From Takakia lepidozioides (Eukaryota; Plantae; Bryophyta), in NCBI GenBank assembly GCA_030704615.1, contig CM060732.1, positions 71,114,001-71,178,000 on the forward strand: 64,000 nt of DNA, written 5' to 3'. Positions 40,342 through 52,889 of the stretch are shown here, one piece after another. The position numbers were made by a program, and so were the translations under genes. The notes beneath the pieces are model-generated. The model ran no database searches. It worked only from the letters and a program-made list of their open reading frames with translations, and was not told where the DNA came from. Within the stretch, counting starts at the first letter, position 1. Each line of letters opens with the position of its first letter.

Positions 40342-40775
40342 GGGGTGGATCCACGAGGGGTGGTGGTAGCTTAGTGGGTCTTAGTGGGGGTGGCATAGGT
40401 CTCACCATGGGGCGGAGACCTTGTGGTGGGAGTCGTGGGGAGTCTTGGACTCATCACGGTCCAATAGGGCCGTGGTAGGTGGGCCAAGACTCACCGCGAC
40501 TCATCACCGGGAATTGAGGGTCTTCGTGGTGGTTCGCCATAAAATGACTGGGTTGTTTGTGAAACCCCCGCGGACAGTCACAGAAGTATATATAGGGAGT
40601 AGTAACCCCGAGAATGGTGCAAGCCCGTTGGTGACCCAAAATTAGTGAGTAAGCTTGCGAGCCGGAAAGCGACCAAGGTGTGGGGAGCTGTTCCGGACTG
40701 TCAACAACCAAAGGGAATTTCCACTAGGCCTAAAGTGAGCGAGGGTCTTGTGGAGGAGCAAAAGGGGGACCGTTA
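40342..40775 (+). repeat. Internal part of an LTR from the same family as 55317-56061, in opposite orientation
   Basis: Near-identical to the reverse complement of ~55453-55890 (e.g. ggtggatccacgagg..., ...gagcaaaagggggaccgtta). Confidence 0.85.
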
Positions 40776-40789
40776 TAATTGAATGTGGG

Positions 40790-41314
40790 TAAAGATGATT
40801 TTGTCTTGTCAAAATGTGGGAGATTACCGTTGGTCGCGTCCAAGATAGAGTTCCTGCCCAGTTTTGGACAGCAAGAGCAAACGTGACCCTCACCACCACA
40901 TTGGAAGCATATTGTGGAGATGAACTCCTCCCTGATTGCAACGACAATGAACAAGTTGACCAATGTGGGGAGTTTGATGGAGGTACCTATTGGCTTAGAT
41001 TCCGGCATTAGCACTACCAGCTTTGGAACTCCGTTATCCCTGTTGAAATCGAAGTGCACAGTTTCCGTATCAACGCTTCTTGCACTAGTATCCTGAATTG
41101 GCTCAAAAACGTTGAGGGAACCGATGAACGTGCCGAAGCTTGCACCGATTTCTAGGAGAGAAGTTAAGTATGTCGCAGGTAGAAAGGGAATTGCGATGAC
41201 CCTTGGTTTCCACATTACTCCTTGTTTGTGGCCGCAGTCATAGGTCCAAGGAAAAAGAAAAACCTTCGCAGCAGACGTCTGGGTATTGAACTGTAGCGCC
41301 ATCTCTGCTTCCAC
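40790..41314 (-). mobile_element. L1-type LINE ORF1 fragment with CCHC zinc knuckle
   Basis: ...LLEIGASFGTFIG...ICFQCGGEGHVCSCCP (CX2CX4HX4C), the arrangement typical of plant LINE ORF1. Confidence 0.6.
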
Positions 41315-41338
41315 TGGACAACAAAAAAGAACCAGGTA

Positions 41339-41346
41339 TAATAATA

Positions 41347-41391
<45 letters not shown>

Positions 41392-41413
41392 TAAAAAAAA
41401 AAAAAAAAAAAAA
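41339..41413 (+). repeat. (ATT)n microsatellite followed by a poly(A) run
   Basis: Seen directly in the sequence. Confidence 0.9.
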
Positions 41414-41614
41414 CTACTCTGCATTGCAGAATTAGCACCGTCCGGGGTCGCAAAGTGCGATGCCCGGACGTCGCAATTTAAGGGGGTACATTTGAATTTC
41501 AAAACTTGTTGACCATTGACTCCGGTTCTGTCTAATGGCGATATGTTCATTGTTCTACATATATCATGAATGCATACTTGAACCTAGGACCTCCACGTTA
41601 TAAAATTTCTAAGA

Positions 41615-42203
41615 TACTACAGACTAACCAACACACCGATGCTACATCTATGTATCACAAAAACAATATATATATATAACCCCAACCCCAACCCAGCGTC
41701 GTCGCGTTGTTGCACCCCCCACCACCAGGCGCCCCAAGCGACGTCTTTGTGATGACCTAAGCTAACTACAATACCATTGCGACCCCATGTGGCGACGCCG
41801 TTGCGACCTGACGTCGCAGCGTTGGCCGTCCCAGCGCGGGACGCCCCCAACGACGTTTTTGTGAAGTTGAGGGCCGCAAAGCCGAAAAAAAAAAAAAAAA
41901 AAAACTCTCATTGTGGTGATGCTGTTGCGACGCCTTGGCGTCGCAAAGGTGCTAGGGCACCCTTAGTGACGCTTTTGCGACGCCGAGGCATCGCAACGTC
42001 CAAAAAAAAAAAACTGGCGTTGCAAGCAAAAAATCCGTCACAACAAGGGCTCTTTTTCCCCCTTCATGCCACCTTGCGACGGCTGGGCGTCACAATGGTG
42101 TCGGCAGCGAGGGATTGCGACGCCGAGGCGTCGCAAAAAAAGCGCCGCGCGGGGCGTGGGGGCGCCGCTAGCATCGCAAACCCCCCCCCCCTTTGCTGTA
42201 GTG
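41615..42203. mobile_element. Non-autonomous CACTA element
   Basis: Left end tactacag (one mismatch to CACTACAG), right end ctgtagtg, 3-bp TSD AGA on both sides (41612-41614 and 42204-42206), and many internal TGCGACG/CGTCGCA repeats in both orientations. Similar repeats occur at ~40155-40340. Confidence 0.7.
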
Positions 42204-42631
42204 AGAGAAAACAGAGGCGGCTCTGCGCAACGCTCAAGAGCAGCCCAACGCTCTCACTCCGCGTTAGCTGTCCATGGAGGGAAATCAAAGTGGATTATCA
42301 AAAACATCTCCATCTCCAATGGATCTGGAGACTCCATCTTGGGCAAAGGTCTAGGCCCATCGCTCGATATACAATCCCCGTTTGTCAGACGAAGGAATGT
42401 GGGAAGACTCCATCCCCCAGGAGGTCGCCGGACAGCCTGTGTTGGCCCTGGATAAGGAGAAGCTTAAATGTCAGGCGCAAAAACTCTCTCAAAGGGGGAT
42501 TCTACTCTATTTCCCGGGCAAACTCAGATCTAGGAAATGGGTTCGCGGATGGATAGCCGGGCACCTTGGCGCTGAAGGAGGACTTGCTCATCACTTTTGC
42601 TTGCCCATGGGCAGAGGTTTACCGCAACTCG

Positions 42632-42790
42632 GTGTGCGGGGCTCCACCTAGTGCGCGCCTCCGCCTCCTTGAATGTATTGGGCACTCAAGGGTGCTTCAG
42701 CCCCCGTACCTATTGTTGCCACTGCCCCCACCACAGGGGCAGCCCCTCTTGTGTCCCGACCCCCTGCCCTCAAGGCAAGGGGCCGCGACA
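42632..42790 (-). repeat. 5' terminal piece of an LTR from the 55317-56061 family
   Basis: Matches 55901-56061 in the same orientation and ends at the same terminus (..gcgaca, i.e. TGTCGC on the minus strand). Confidence 0.85.
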
Positions 42791-44147
42791 CACACCCCTA
42801 CCAATAGGGAGTCGATGTCCTCATCGACTTGTCCATTTTGTAGAAACTGACATCCAAGTTGTGGCGTCCCACATCAAGGAGTTTGTTTCCGTACCATGGC
42901 GTTACATGGCAAAGAACCAAACCCCCACTTGACTCTACTCTCCACTAGCTAGTTTGGCCGACTTCCTCCAAGTCGTGGCCAAGGGTGGAGCCTATCAAGC
43001 TCCACCCAGTGCACTCTTCTTGGCCCACTTCAAGGCCAAGGAACGATCCTCTCCGAGGATCGAATCGCCTTACTGCAACAACATTGCTTGCGACCGCTCA
43101 TGATGCCACTTTTGGCATCACCTTGAGCAAGAGTTCACCTTGAACCCTTTTTTACTAGGACGATAACCTTGAACCAACCGCGTGCCCCAATCACTGCAAT
43201 TGGGTCCGCCTTGGAATGTTGGCATGAGGTACAGGAACACGCCGAAGCCGCACTATGACTTCGTCCCGAGGTTATACGATTATAGTACGTGAATGGAAGC
43301 ACGTAGCTTCTGCGTTAGTCCGCACTACAAGACAACCCCCTCGGTAGCACAGTTATAGTTAGCGCACGCGCCAGGTGCGCACTAGCACGTGAACTCCCAA
43401 AGAAGACGCAAGTTTCCTTGTCCCTTGGATGGGAGTCACCTGATTTTGACACTGCGCAAACACACGATTAATCCAATTTACCTCTCCCACTTTTGTAAGC
43501 TAGCATGTATTCTACACACTAGCCAACCATACCATGCATCACCATTCCAAACAAAATAGGCAGCACAACATTTGGGAACCATTTCATTTATAAACAAAAT
43601 TTGTGCAACACCAGTTTTGCAATCGGATTCCTAAGCTAGCTAAGCCGGATTAAGCATGCATTTCCTCTCCCATGATCTAAGGTTGATGTCTCCATCAACG
43701 CTTCTCCCGCCTTTGAGGTCGCCCTTTGAAAGCTGCAACCGCCTCAGATGCGTTTATCATTTCTGAGGCACGCACCCAAGTTGCCTCCACTACAAATGAA
43801 ACCGAGTGGTCTCTACACATAGCTGGTTGCACCGGGCTTGTGGTTGTGACTTGACATTGCTGAACGATTGTCTCTTGCGGCTATGGGACATCATACATAC
43901 AAACGGGCCATAGATGGATCACCCTCAGTAAAATCAGCTCCTTTGAAGAGGGAGGTTCGAGGACTAGAAGAAAACAGAATTCAAAGAGACCTGGATCATA
44001 ACCTGTAAATTTCTCCCACTGTACGAAACTAAGGATGTGGTTGTAGGTGTATATACTTGATGCACAACACTTTGAGGAGGCGCCAGTGGCAAGACTGAGG
44101 TTGCCTCAGCGAGTTCCGTATGGATTCCACTCCACCTTCATTCCCGT

Positions 44148-44417
44148 TTGATGAGGGTCCAGACGATTGTATATCTAATGCATGACCGATTGTACGACAT
44201 AACAGTTTCAAATTTCCCCAATTGCACCTGTCCTGATTTTGTTGGCATGCTTATAACAAGTTTGGGAAAGATAGGAAAATTTATACCCTGCAAGAATCTG
44301 TATTTTATCTTCTTGAACAGAATGGTTTGTGATCCCAGACGCGACATCTTCATTCACCAGGCCACCATGAGTTTCAACGAGGTGAATACACTTATGCAGC
44401 GGGATAGGAGCACATAG
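44148..44417 (+). pseudogene. SWIM zinc-finger fragment, possibly transposon-derived
   Basis: YDITVSNFPNCTCPDF...IPCKNLYFIF fits SWIM CxC-x(n)-CxH with H replaced by N. Confidence 0.55.
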
Positions 44418-47400
44418 CATCCTCTTCACTTTGGTCATCTGCAATTTCCACTACTGGATTTCACAAGAATTGAAACTTAAACTTGATGTCCCTTCGTATA
44501 TTTGCCAATGCAGCCTCCAATTATGTTGTGCAATGTGTGCCATTTCTTTCTTGTGTGTAGTCGTTCGAAAATAGATGGAATGGATGCAAATGCTTTCACA
44601 AGTCATTAATTTTTGGTGTTTTGGATGAATGAATGCCACGGCTATAGGCCCCTCGGCTATAGGTGCTAAACGTGGTGCTGCTGAAATGAGTTTGCAGGTG
44701 GTGCCTGATGTGGCCATTGATGAGTCAGGCACAATTGAGGTGTAGCCTAACTCCCCAAGGCAAAGCCACACCAGTTTGCTGCAATAGTGAACATAAACTT
44801 GGCAGTGAGAGGAGACGAAGGATCGAAGCTCGGGAGTCGTGGCTAGAGCAGAGCACGGATCTTGGCTGGAGCAGAGCAATTCATTGGGAGAGCAAGCCTC
44901 TGGTGGTGCGTCTGTAAAACACAAATGAATCCTGGGAATTATAGGCCACATTGCCAGGGAGTATGTGAGGACTACATGAACATGTTCCGAACCCGTAGCT
45001 AACCTGGGAACAACTTTTAATGTCGAGAACGTTTTGGGTGTGAAAAATTAAAGAAATTCGTTCTTTGATCTAATTTAAATTACATAGAGTATGTTTGGCC
45101 ATAAATTTGGCATACCAAGGCCGTTTGACCCAAAACTTGCGCAGGGACCTACAGAAAGGGGAAATCTACCTACCTAGACAAAAAATCTATAGGTTTTTTG
45201 GACCTGACCAAAAATCTATAGAATTTTTCTAATATAAATTAGATCCTCCCCACATCTATTTGAGGTCTATTGAAGAAGCTATTTCAAGTCAGGGATGATC
45301 ACTTAGCTGTCTGTTTGTAACACATCTGTCACTTTTTTACATTAGTGTATGGCTAGAGAGGAAATGAAGAGTGTCGGGATGAGGGCATGCTGGGTTTAGG
45401 AATTGCTTTAGTCTCTCCTTCCCATAGCTTTCCACCCTCTCGGTAGGCCAAAACCTTTCCATAGGTGGAGGCAAGAGTCAGTCCGGGTTTTTGGGCTGGG
45501 GTATTCTGCACGAGCAGCACTACAAATGGATTTTGGTGTGGGGGTGTTGATGTTTTGATTTCTTGTGTTTGGATCCCCGCCAACACATACATGCTTGACT
45601 ATGCGCCATGTTGGTCTTGTGTGGGCACTTGCTTTCACAGGGATTAGGTTGGATTTGATCACCGGTCAATCCTAGAGTATGCTGTCGGTGGTGAGGCTGG
45701 AGTGATGACCAGCAGACCACCAGTGTTTTCTTCTATGGTGAGACTGGTTGATGACCAGCCAACCATAGGAGTTCTTGCGGGGATGCAGGTGCAGGTGCCC
45801 TGAGCCACTGGGATATGAACCTTAACTGCAACAAGTGCCCACCCTTTTCACTATAGAATTAGTATTAGAGCCCTTATAGTGTCACGTGGGGGAGGTGCGG
45901 TTTGTGAGTGTCATCACGAGTTACCCAGGGTTTTGAGGGGAGTACGGCTACAGGCAGTAGCAGTGAGAGTGGGTTCACAAGACGAGGTGTTCGGTTCAGA
46001 CAACCTTTACCTCCACCCTCAACTAGTGTAGAGTCTGACACAGACCCGGAGGCTTCATCAACAGGTGTGCAGTTTCTTTGTGCCATTGTTGTGGGACGAC
46101 ATTGAGGAGATGATGGAGCTACCAAGGGCCTCGTAGGTACTCTGGAGCTGTGGGCACAATCGAGCTAGATGACTTATCCGGAGTTCGACAGCTGGTGTAT
46201 TTGCAGCAGATGCGCAATCCACAGCTGTTCACCCCCATCCGCGTGGAAGGGACTGTTCCAACCTTTTGGAAGGCCCGCCTATGGACGATTACCACGAGTT
46301 CATGCGAGACATGAAGTAGAGATTGAGGAGTGGAGGATGTTTGGTCACCTGACTACGTCTCCATTACTCGAGGCACGACGCGACCAGGCTGCATCATCAC
46401 CATATCTCCCACTAGTAGTGGAACAGTAGTGTTGGTATTTCTTGCAGAATGGCTACTACTTCTCTCCACGACTACACACCATTTGCCTAGATTCAGCCCG
46501 GTGTTGGATTTCTTCCAGGAGTTTCGAGGACTCCAAGGCGTACGCACATAGAAGCTGCCAATTTGCAGACTTCCAGCGCACATCCAGTGACGAGCTTGCG
46601 AGAGGCCCGACACTCGTATGAGGCCTTGAAAGTGTGATCCAATGGGTTACTGAGCTCAGTAGTCCAGTTCGGTATGGAATTTTTTTACAGGAGCTCAGGA
46701 GAAGGTTGCGGGATGCAACCCTGTTACAAAGCGGCCCAACCCACATTAACAGATGTGTTTTTTGCTGGCTGAGCGATTGAGCTCAACATTATGGAGGAGC
46801 GAGTTGTTTACCATTTGGATTGGCAGGACTTGCTTGCACAAGGCCGCAGCTGCCAGCCAAAGGCACAAGGGACTGCCAACCGCTGGTCATAGGGGGCAAG
46901 TTGCCCAACCCACATTCCATGGAGCTTACAGGGGACCTCAGGTGGCATAGACCAGTAGCTTGTTTTGCAGCCAACAGCAACCAGGGGTGGTATTTTGACA
47001 TTGGAGCATCACATGTCAAGAAAGATGTCCCAGAGATGGCAAAGGGCCGGCACAAGCACAGCCTGCACAGTTGCAGTCATTTGGACATTGTGACAATATG
47101 GACATTGAGATGCCCAGTGTTTATGACTTGCACCCTGAGTTTCGGCGAGACTAGTTCCAAGGGAACAATGGTGGCCGAGGGCGAGGTGGAGTCCCTCAGA
47201 GAGGACGAGGTGTCAGGCACGAAGGCAGGACGAGGGTAGCACAGTATGGCCAAGGACGTTGAGGTCAGGGTGCATTGACCAGCCTGGCAACCGGCTTCAG
47301 CAACTAACCAAGGCTTGCTGCCATGGCCTCACCCTCAGGTGGTACCAGCTCCAAGACCTGAGGGACATGGGAGGCATGGGATTTATGTGTGGGGCAGCAC

Positions 47401-48668
47401 TACCATTGTGCAGGTGGACTGCTGCAAGCTCCGTCACTCAGGAGGCCAAGCACGATTTCCTTGAGCCCATGAGGTGGCAGAGGGTGGAGTTGGATCCCAC
47501 AACGTGGGGAAGCAAGCCGTTAGGCTAGGTTGCCTCAATCATTCATCTTGGCGAGATAGTGTCTACTACATCCATGGCACCTAATTCTCGCCCACGGATA
47601 CCGAGGCGGAGGTTATTGTGCACCGCTGGTGTCAGGCCCCAATGTTCTCGGCAACCATGATTGCGACGCCGTTACGCCGGGGGTAAACCATCTGTAGTGT
47701 TCAGACTAGCATCAACACTCTGGTGGAGGAGTGGGGAGGTCACTTCATCTTCGTGAGTTAGTGGAAGGTGTTGCAGAGTGATCCTCGGATTTGAGGGTCA
47801 GACTGCCACGGCTACGCCATGGCAAGCTGCGCTGTCAGGTTGACGGAGCTGCCAGCTAAGCTTAAAGCCTTTGAGCGCGCCATGGTGACAGCTGAAGTTG
47901 TCTTGTTTAGACACCAGGATGACATTTTCTTTTTGAGTGGACCGGCAGGCAAGAGGTACCGGCCACTGCAGGTCTTGTTTGGACTCGGGAGCTCAGCCAC
48001 GGATGTTGGGCAGAGCTGCTATTGCAGGTTTGGGCCTCATGGAGGCGGATATGAGCCTTGTCTTGTCCAGATACAGACTCTCTGGGAGATCAGAGCAGGC
48101 TCGGGGCATGACATACGGCATAGTTGGCCATTAGACTACAATCCGGATCATCTATAGATGGCTCAGTGATGCGAGCCAAGGCCATTGTGACCAACGCAGT
48201 CTCCTATGATGCCATCGTTGGTGGGGTAGTGTTGTACCCATGGGCTTCACCCTGGATTTTTGGGAGAAGTCAGCATCCTACAGGCCTGGATGGTATTTCA
48301 GGGTGGTCGTCGTGTAAACTCCCTGTGATGGGAGTATTGCTGCTGCCCCAGCGGGGCAAGATGCAACCTAAAAGGCAGCCTTCACATCTGCAGTTATTTG
48401 GCCTGGAGAGTTTCTGGAGGCAATGCCCATAGCAGATGATATGCCACCTCCAGCAGAGCAGAATGACATGCATGGTACGGCGGAGTTGTCTCCATGGTTG
48501 CTCACACTCCATGGCGGGTACTAGGAAGAGTTGCAGCAGGCTGCTGATCGACGGGTGTCAACAAGCCTGGGTAGAGGCCTTCGTCCGTCAGGAGAGTGCG
48601 GTGATTGCACCAGACCACCTTAGAGTTGTCGCGCATTGGACACCACACCTCTTAGGTGGCATGGCCCG

Positions 48669-49620
48669 GATGAAGGCATATGCTTTCTGGACTTGTTTGG
48701 TGGGATCAGCACTAGATTGGCTGCAGTGCTGCAGGCAGGTGTACGAGTTTGACGTTACCTGTATGTGGAGAGGGATGAGACTGCACACGCGTCTCACTGC
48801 GCCATTTTCTCAGTTGGTGCAGCAGTATCCTGATTTTGTTGTCATTGTCTGCGTTCGTGGATACCAACAAGCCTTTCCAGCAGACAACTCTTTGTTGGGG
48901 TGGGGCATGATTTGGAGCGGTTGGCCCTATTCACGTGGTAGTGGCAAGTTGGCCCTGCCAAGGGCATTCAACAGCCGAGCATGGCAATGGGTTACAAGAC
49001 TCAAGGTTACGCCTGTTTTGGGAGATGTTGAGGGTCCTACGCTATTACACAAACACAGCTTCAGCAGACAGACTCTCCAGCATATATCTTGGAGAATGTT
49101 CCATTGATGGTTATTCTCGGGCCAAGGTGATGGCCAGTGTGCATCAAGTGTGATCTTGGCTTGGGTTAGCAGTGTTGTTGTGGTCACGGGCTCATCGCCC
49201 ACGACTATGGTGGACCAACTTGATGCCATCTGCACTGCTCAAAGCGTGGCATTTGATGGGGTGCAGCGGCCACCAAACCTGATGGTGGATACATTTTGGA
49301 CATAGGGAGGCAGTCTCAGCGTGTGAGACATGATGACCGATCACCTTTGGTGTGGTCAATAAGGTGGGTCACCACGAGCCGCATTGCCTACACTGCTCAG
49401 CTTTCCAGGATCTCATACTTTCCTCCGGGATGGTGGACCTGGCCTCTTGTGGGATAGCCAGTTGCACCTTATTAGTGGAGCCCAATGCTGACGAGCGCAA
49501 GCGGGCGATGGGTTTTAACACTGTACCATGGCGGTGCCATCTCTTTCCGAGGCTCACGCACGTCGTCAGGTGTTGGGGCAAGTAATGATCTCAATTGCTT
49601 GACCTAGATTATCAGCTTGG
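48669..49620 (+). pseudogene. DNMT3-like C5 cytosine methyltransferase domain inside the gypsy pol, frameshifted
   Basis: Motif I ICFLDLFGGISTRLAAVLQAG...YLYVERD (from 48669); motif IV VVASWPCQGHS (Cys 48956-48958); motif VI YILENVP (ENV 49092-49100); motif VIII SRAHRPRLWWTNL (49184-49222); motif IX EPNADERKRAMGF (~49478-49516); motif X RRQVLGQVM(D)LNCL (from 49561). Confidence 0.88.
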
Positions 49621-52600
49621 CTATGGCTGAGCAGTGCAGAGTACGGAGTACACTTCCCTTGATGTTCTCTCTGCCTACCGATATGGTACAGGCAGGGAGT
49701 GTGGGCGAATAGGTGAGGACCACAAGGTGCAGGCCGCATCCATGGCACACGTGGGAGGTTCTCGAGGTTCAGAGGGAATTGGCAGCCAAGGCTGCGGTGA
49801 TGGATGAGGTTTGGGGATTTTCTCGGGTTTGAGGAGGTCCTCAAGGATGGGATGATGGGGCAGGATGAGACATTGTCACTGACAGAGCAAGCAGTGGTCA
49901 CTGCTCAAGAGGTTGCAGCATAGCACCCTACGGGACGCGTCTTCTACCTCTAAGCCTACTCTGACTCAATGTTACAGTTATGGAGGACCTGGGAGCCTGA
50001 TGTTGGACCTATAGTAACCGGAGGAGAGAGACGACGTATACAGCGGTTCTTGAGGGCTTACATGAACTGCTTTGCCTTCAGTTTGAAGACTTGGGAGCAC
50101 TGAAGGGTCAAGAGATTCGCATTGAATTGGCTACTGACAGCCAATCTGTCGGAGACCCTATAGATACACTGACATGGAGAGGTCTTGATTCAAATAGGAC
50201 TCAGGACCTCTGGGAGGCTGGTTTGGTGGAGCTATCTGGTGGAGATATGCTGCTCAGCCACAGTGATGCCACCCAGAAGGATGTCTATGGCAATTGGACG
50301 GAGAGACGTATGTGCGGTGATTACCGGCCTGTAAATCGTCAGACCAAGTCCAATAGGTATGCCATGCCAACACCAGAGGAGATCTTTGATGCCATTGGGC
50401 ATGCCAAGGTCTTTAGCACTTTGGATTTACGTATCGATATCACCGTTGCCGATCAAGGAGGCGGATAAGCAAAGACGACATTCTGGGGATCAATGAGCAT
50501 GGGAAGGATTGCCATACCAGTGGCGGTTCTTACCATTTGGGCTTAAGAACCTCCTGCAGAGTTTCAGAGAGTCATGGACAGGATTCTAGCAGGGGTGGAT
50601 TTTGCTCGGTGCTATAAGATGACATCATCATCTTTAGTGCTTACGGTGGAGGAGCATGAGAGACCCCTTCAGGTGGTATTTGAGCGCTTGAGGGCGCACG
50701 GATTGAAGTTACATATCCGGGGAAGTGTAAGTTTTTCCATAACCAGATTGAGTATCTGGGTCACATGATATATCCTGGAGGATTTGGGGATAACGCAGAC
50801 TAAGGTAGAGGCCATTGCAACAATCCACGCCCCACGGATGTAGCCAGAGTTCGAGCTTTCATGGGTTGGCAACTATTATAGACGCGGGATTTAGTGCCAT
50901 TGCAAAGCTCTAACCAAGCTGACCAAGTGACACGGAGGGGCAAGTGAAATATGAGCAAGAACGAGCTTTCCAGAGCTCAGGCGAGTTTGACCTCGCGCCC
51001 ATCTTGAGACGACCTATCAGGGGGCGCTTTTCAGCTTCATACCTATTGGAGCATGCTGGGGCTTGGAGCGGTGCTCACACCGGGGATGATGAGGGAAGAT
51101 AGTTCATAGTGGCTTATACTAGCCGCTCGAACAACGCTGCATAGGCTAATATATCTCATATGAGAGAGTGTGCTTACTGCAGTGTGGGCCGTGGCACAAC
51201 TCAGTGCTATCTATACGGCAATCTCTTCACCCTTGTTCACGGATCACCAACCACTCAAGTGGTTGATGAGTCAGACAAGCTTATGGGGAAGCTGTGCACG
51301 GTGGGCACTCATCCTTCAAGAGTATGATTTTTCAGGTTGTGCATACGACCGGTTTTGGTCAATCGGGATGCGGATGGGTTGAGTCCGCAATCTATCACGA
51401 GCCAGCAGGATGACACTGGAGCTCGGTGGCATGGTGAGACGACGAGGAGCATGGTGCCCGGATGGCATGGCATTTACATTTTGTTATCTTTGCAGCGGAA
51501 GGCCAGGTTGGACTACAACAGGGATGACTGTAGACCGAGTTTCCTGAGGACCCTGAGGCCAGCAATGAACAAGGTGGCGCCAAAGATATACATGAGGATT
51601 CAGCTGTGTTGGACTATCTCCGCGGAGACACGACAGCCACTGTGATTGCCAAGGGAGAGATCGGATCCTACAACGAGCCAGAGGTTCAAGTGGGAGGGAA
51701 CACACTTGCTCCAAGTGTGGGAGGATGGTCGAGTGAGGATTGTGCCTCACGCCAACACAGCGGGCACGGTTAGTGCGACATGCCATGAGGGTAGTTGGGG
51801 CATTCTGGGTGCGACGCACTTATAGTCTACTGCACAATGGGCAGTATTGGTGGCGTGGTATGCACACAAGTTGCAACAATTTGTGGCTAGGTGCATGGTG
51901 TGACAGGGTGCGTGTTTCATTCAACGCCCCTACACCACAATTGCACCCTCTTCCGATTATGGGATTGGGCTACAGGTGGAGTCTAGACTTTGGCATGGAA
52001 GGCCGTTGCCACTGACCATACGCCACAAAAAATACGTGTTGGTGATGGTGGAGCACTTCTCCAAGTGAATCGAATTGGTTCCATTGGCCTGATAGGCTAG
52101 TAAGGGGGTTGCGTATGCATTCTTGGATCGTGTACTTAGCCGATCCGGTGCTCCACCTGAGGTACTCACGGACCAAGGAGAGAGTTCTTGGGGGAGTTCA
52201 GGCATTGTGTGACAAAGCCTTGATAGACCACCGCACTACTTCTCGGGATCATCTTGAGGCCGATGGCTTGGCAGAGAGGGTTTGTTCAGACAGTGAAGAG
52301 GGGTTTGCGCAAATATGGCTTGCCGAAGGGACACCTAGGAGATTGGGACGTCAGTTATCCCTGGTTAACCATGGGCTACAGGTTTAGCAAGCCAAGCATC
52401 ACTTGCCTCGTTCTCACCCTTATTTCCTTCTCTTTGGCCGAGAGCCAGACTTGCCTACATCTATTCGCAGGAGGCTGCAATAGTCCTCAATCTTGACGAT
52501 CCGGACGTGTGGGCACGTGCATGTGGTCAGCGCGCGGAGTGTTTAAGAAAGTCATGCCCATGGCTTTTGAGAACCTTTCCATTGCACACCACTTGATTAC

Positions 52601-52889
52601 GTTGAGGTATGCTACCATACGTGGTGGGGGCTATCGTCTTGGGGTTCGAGAGTTCACTTCACCCTGGTGACTATGTTTATGTGCAGCAAACTGCTCCAAC
52701 GACCCTGGATGTGACTGCAGAATATGTTATTTTGAGGGTTCGAGAGGTATTGCCCTCAGGTGTCTTGATCTTGGAGGGTCGGGATGGCATGACTTGGAAG
52801 GACCATGTGCATAATTGCGCGCCATGTCACCTTCCGAATGTCGATGGCAGGATTGATCCAAACCTGGCAGTGATACCGCAAGTTTGAGG

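Noticed and set aside
41777-42556. 259-aa ORF
   Set aside because: Read-through of GC-rich CACTA repeats and A-runs; the peptide is low-complexity.
43323-43332. CACTACAAGA, a possible CACTA terminus
   Set aside because: No matching opposite end, TSD or subterminal repeats were found.
45316-45900. Candidate 5' LTR and PBS of the DNMT-PHD element (starts tgtaac)
   Set aside because: No visible similarity to the putative 3' LTR at 53291-53730 and no recognisable PBS.
48600-49700. Bacterial restriction-modification methyltransferase or contaminating DNA
   Set aside because: The domain is collinear with gypsy protease and RT on the same strand, its motifs look DNMT3-like, and there is no prokaryotic gene context.
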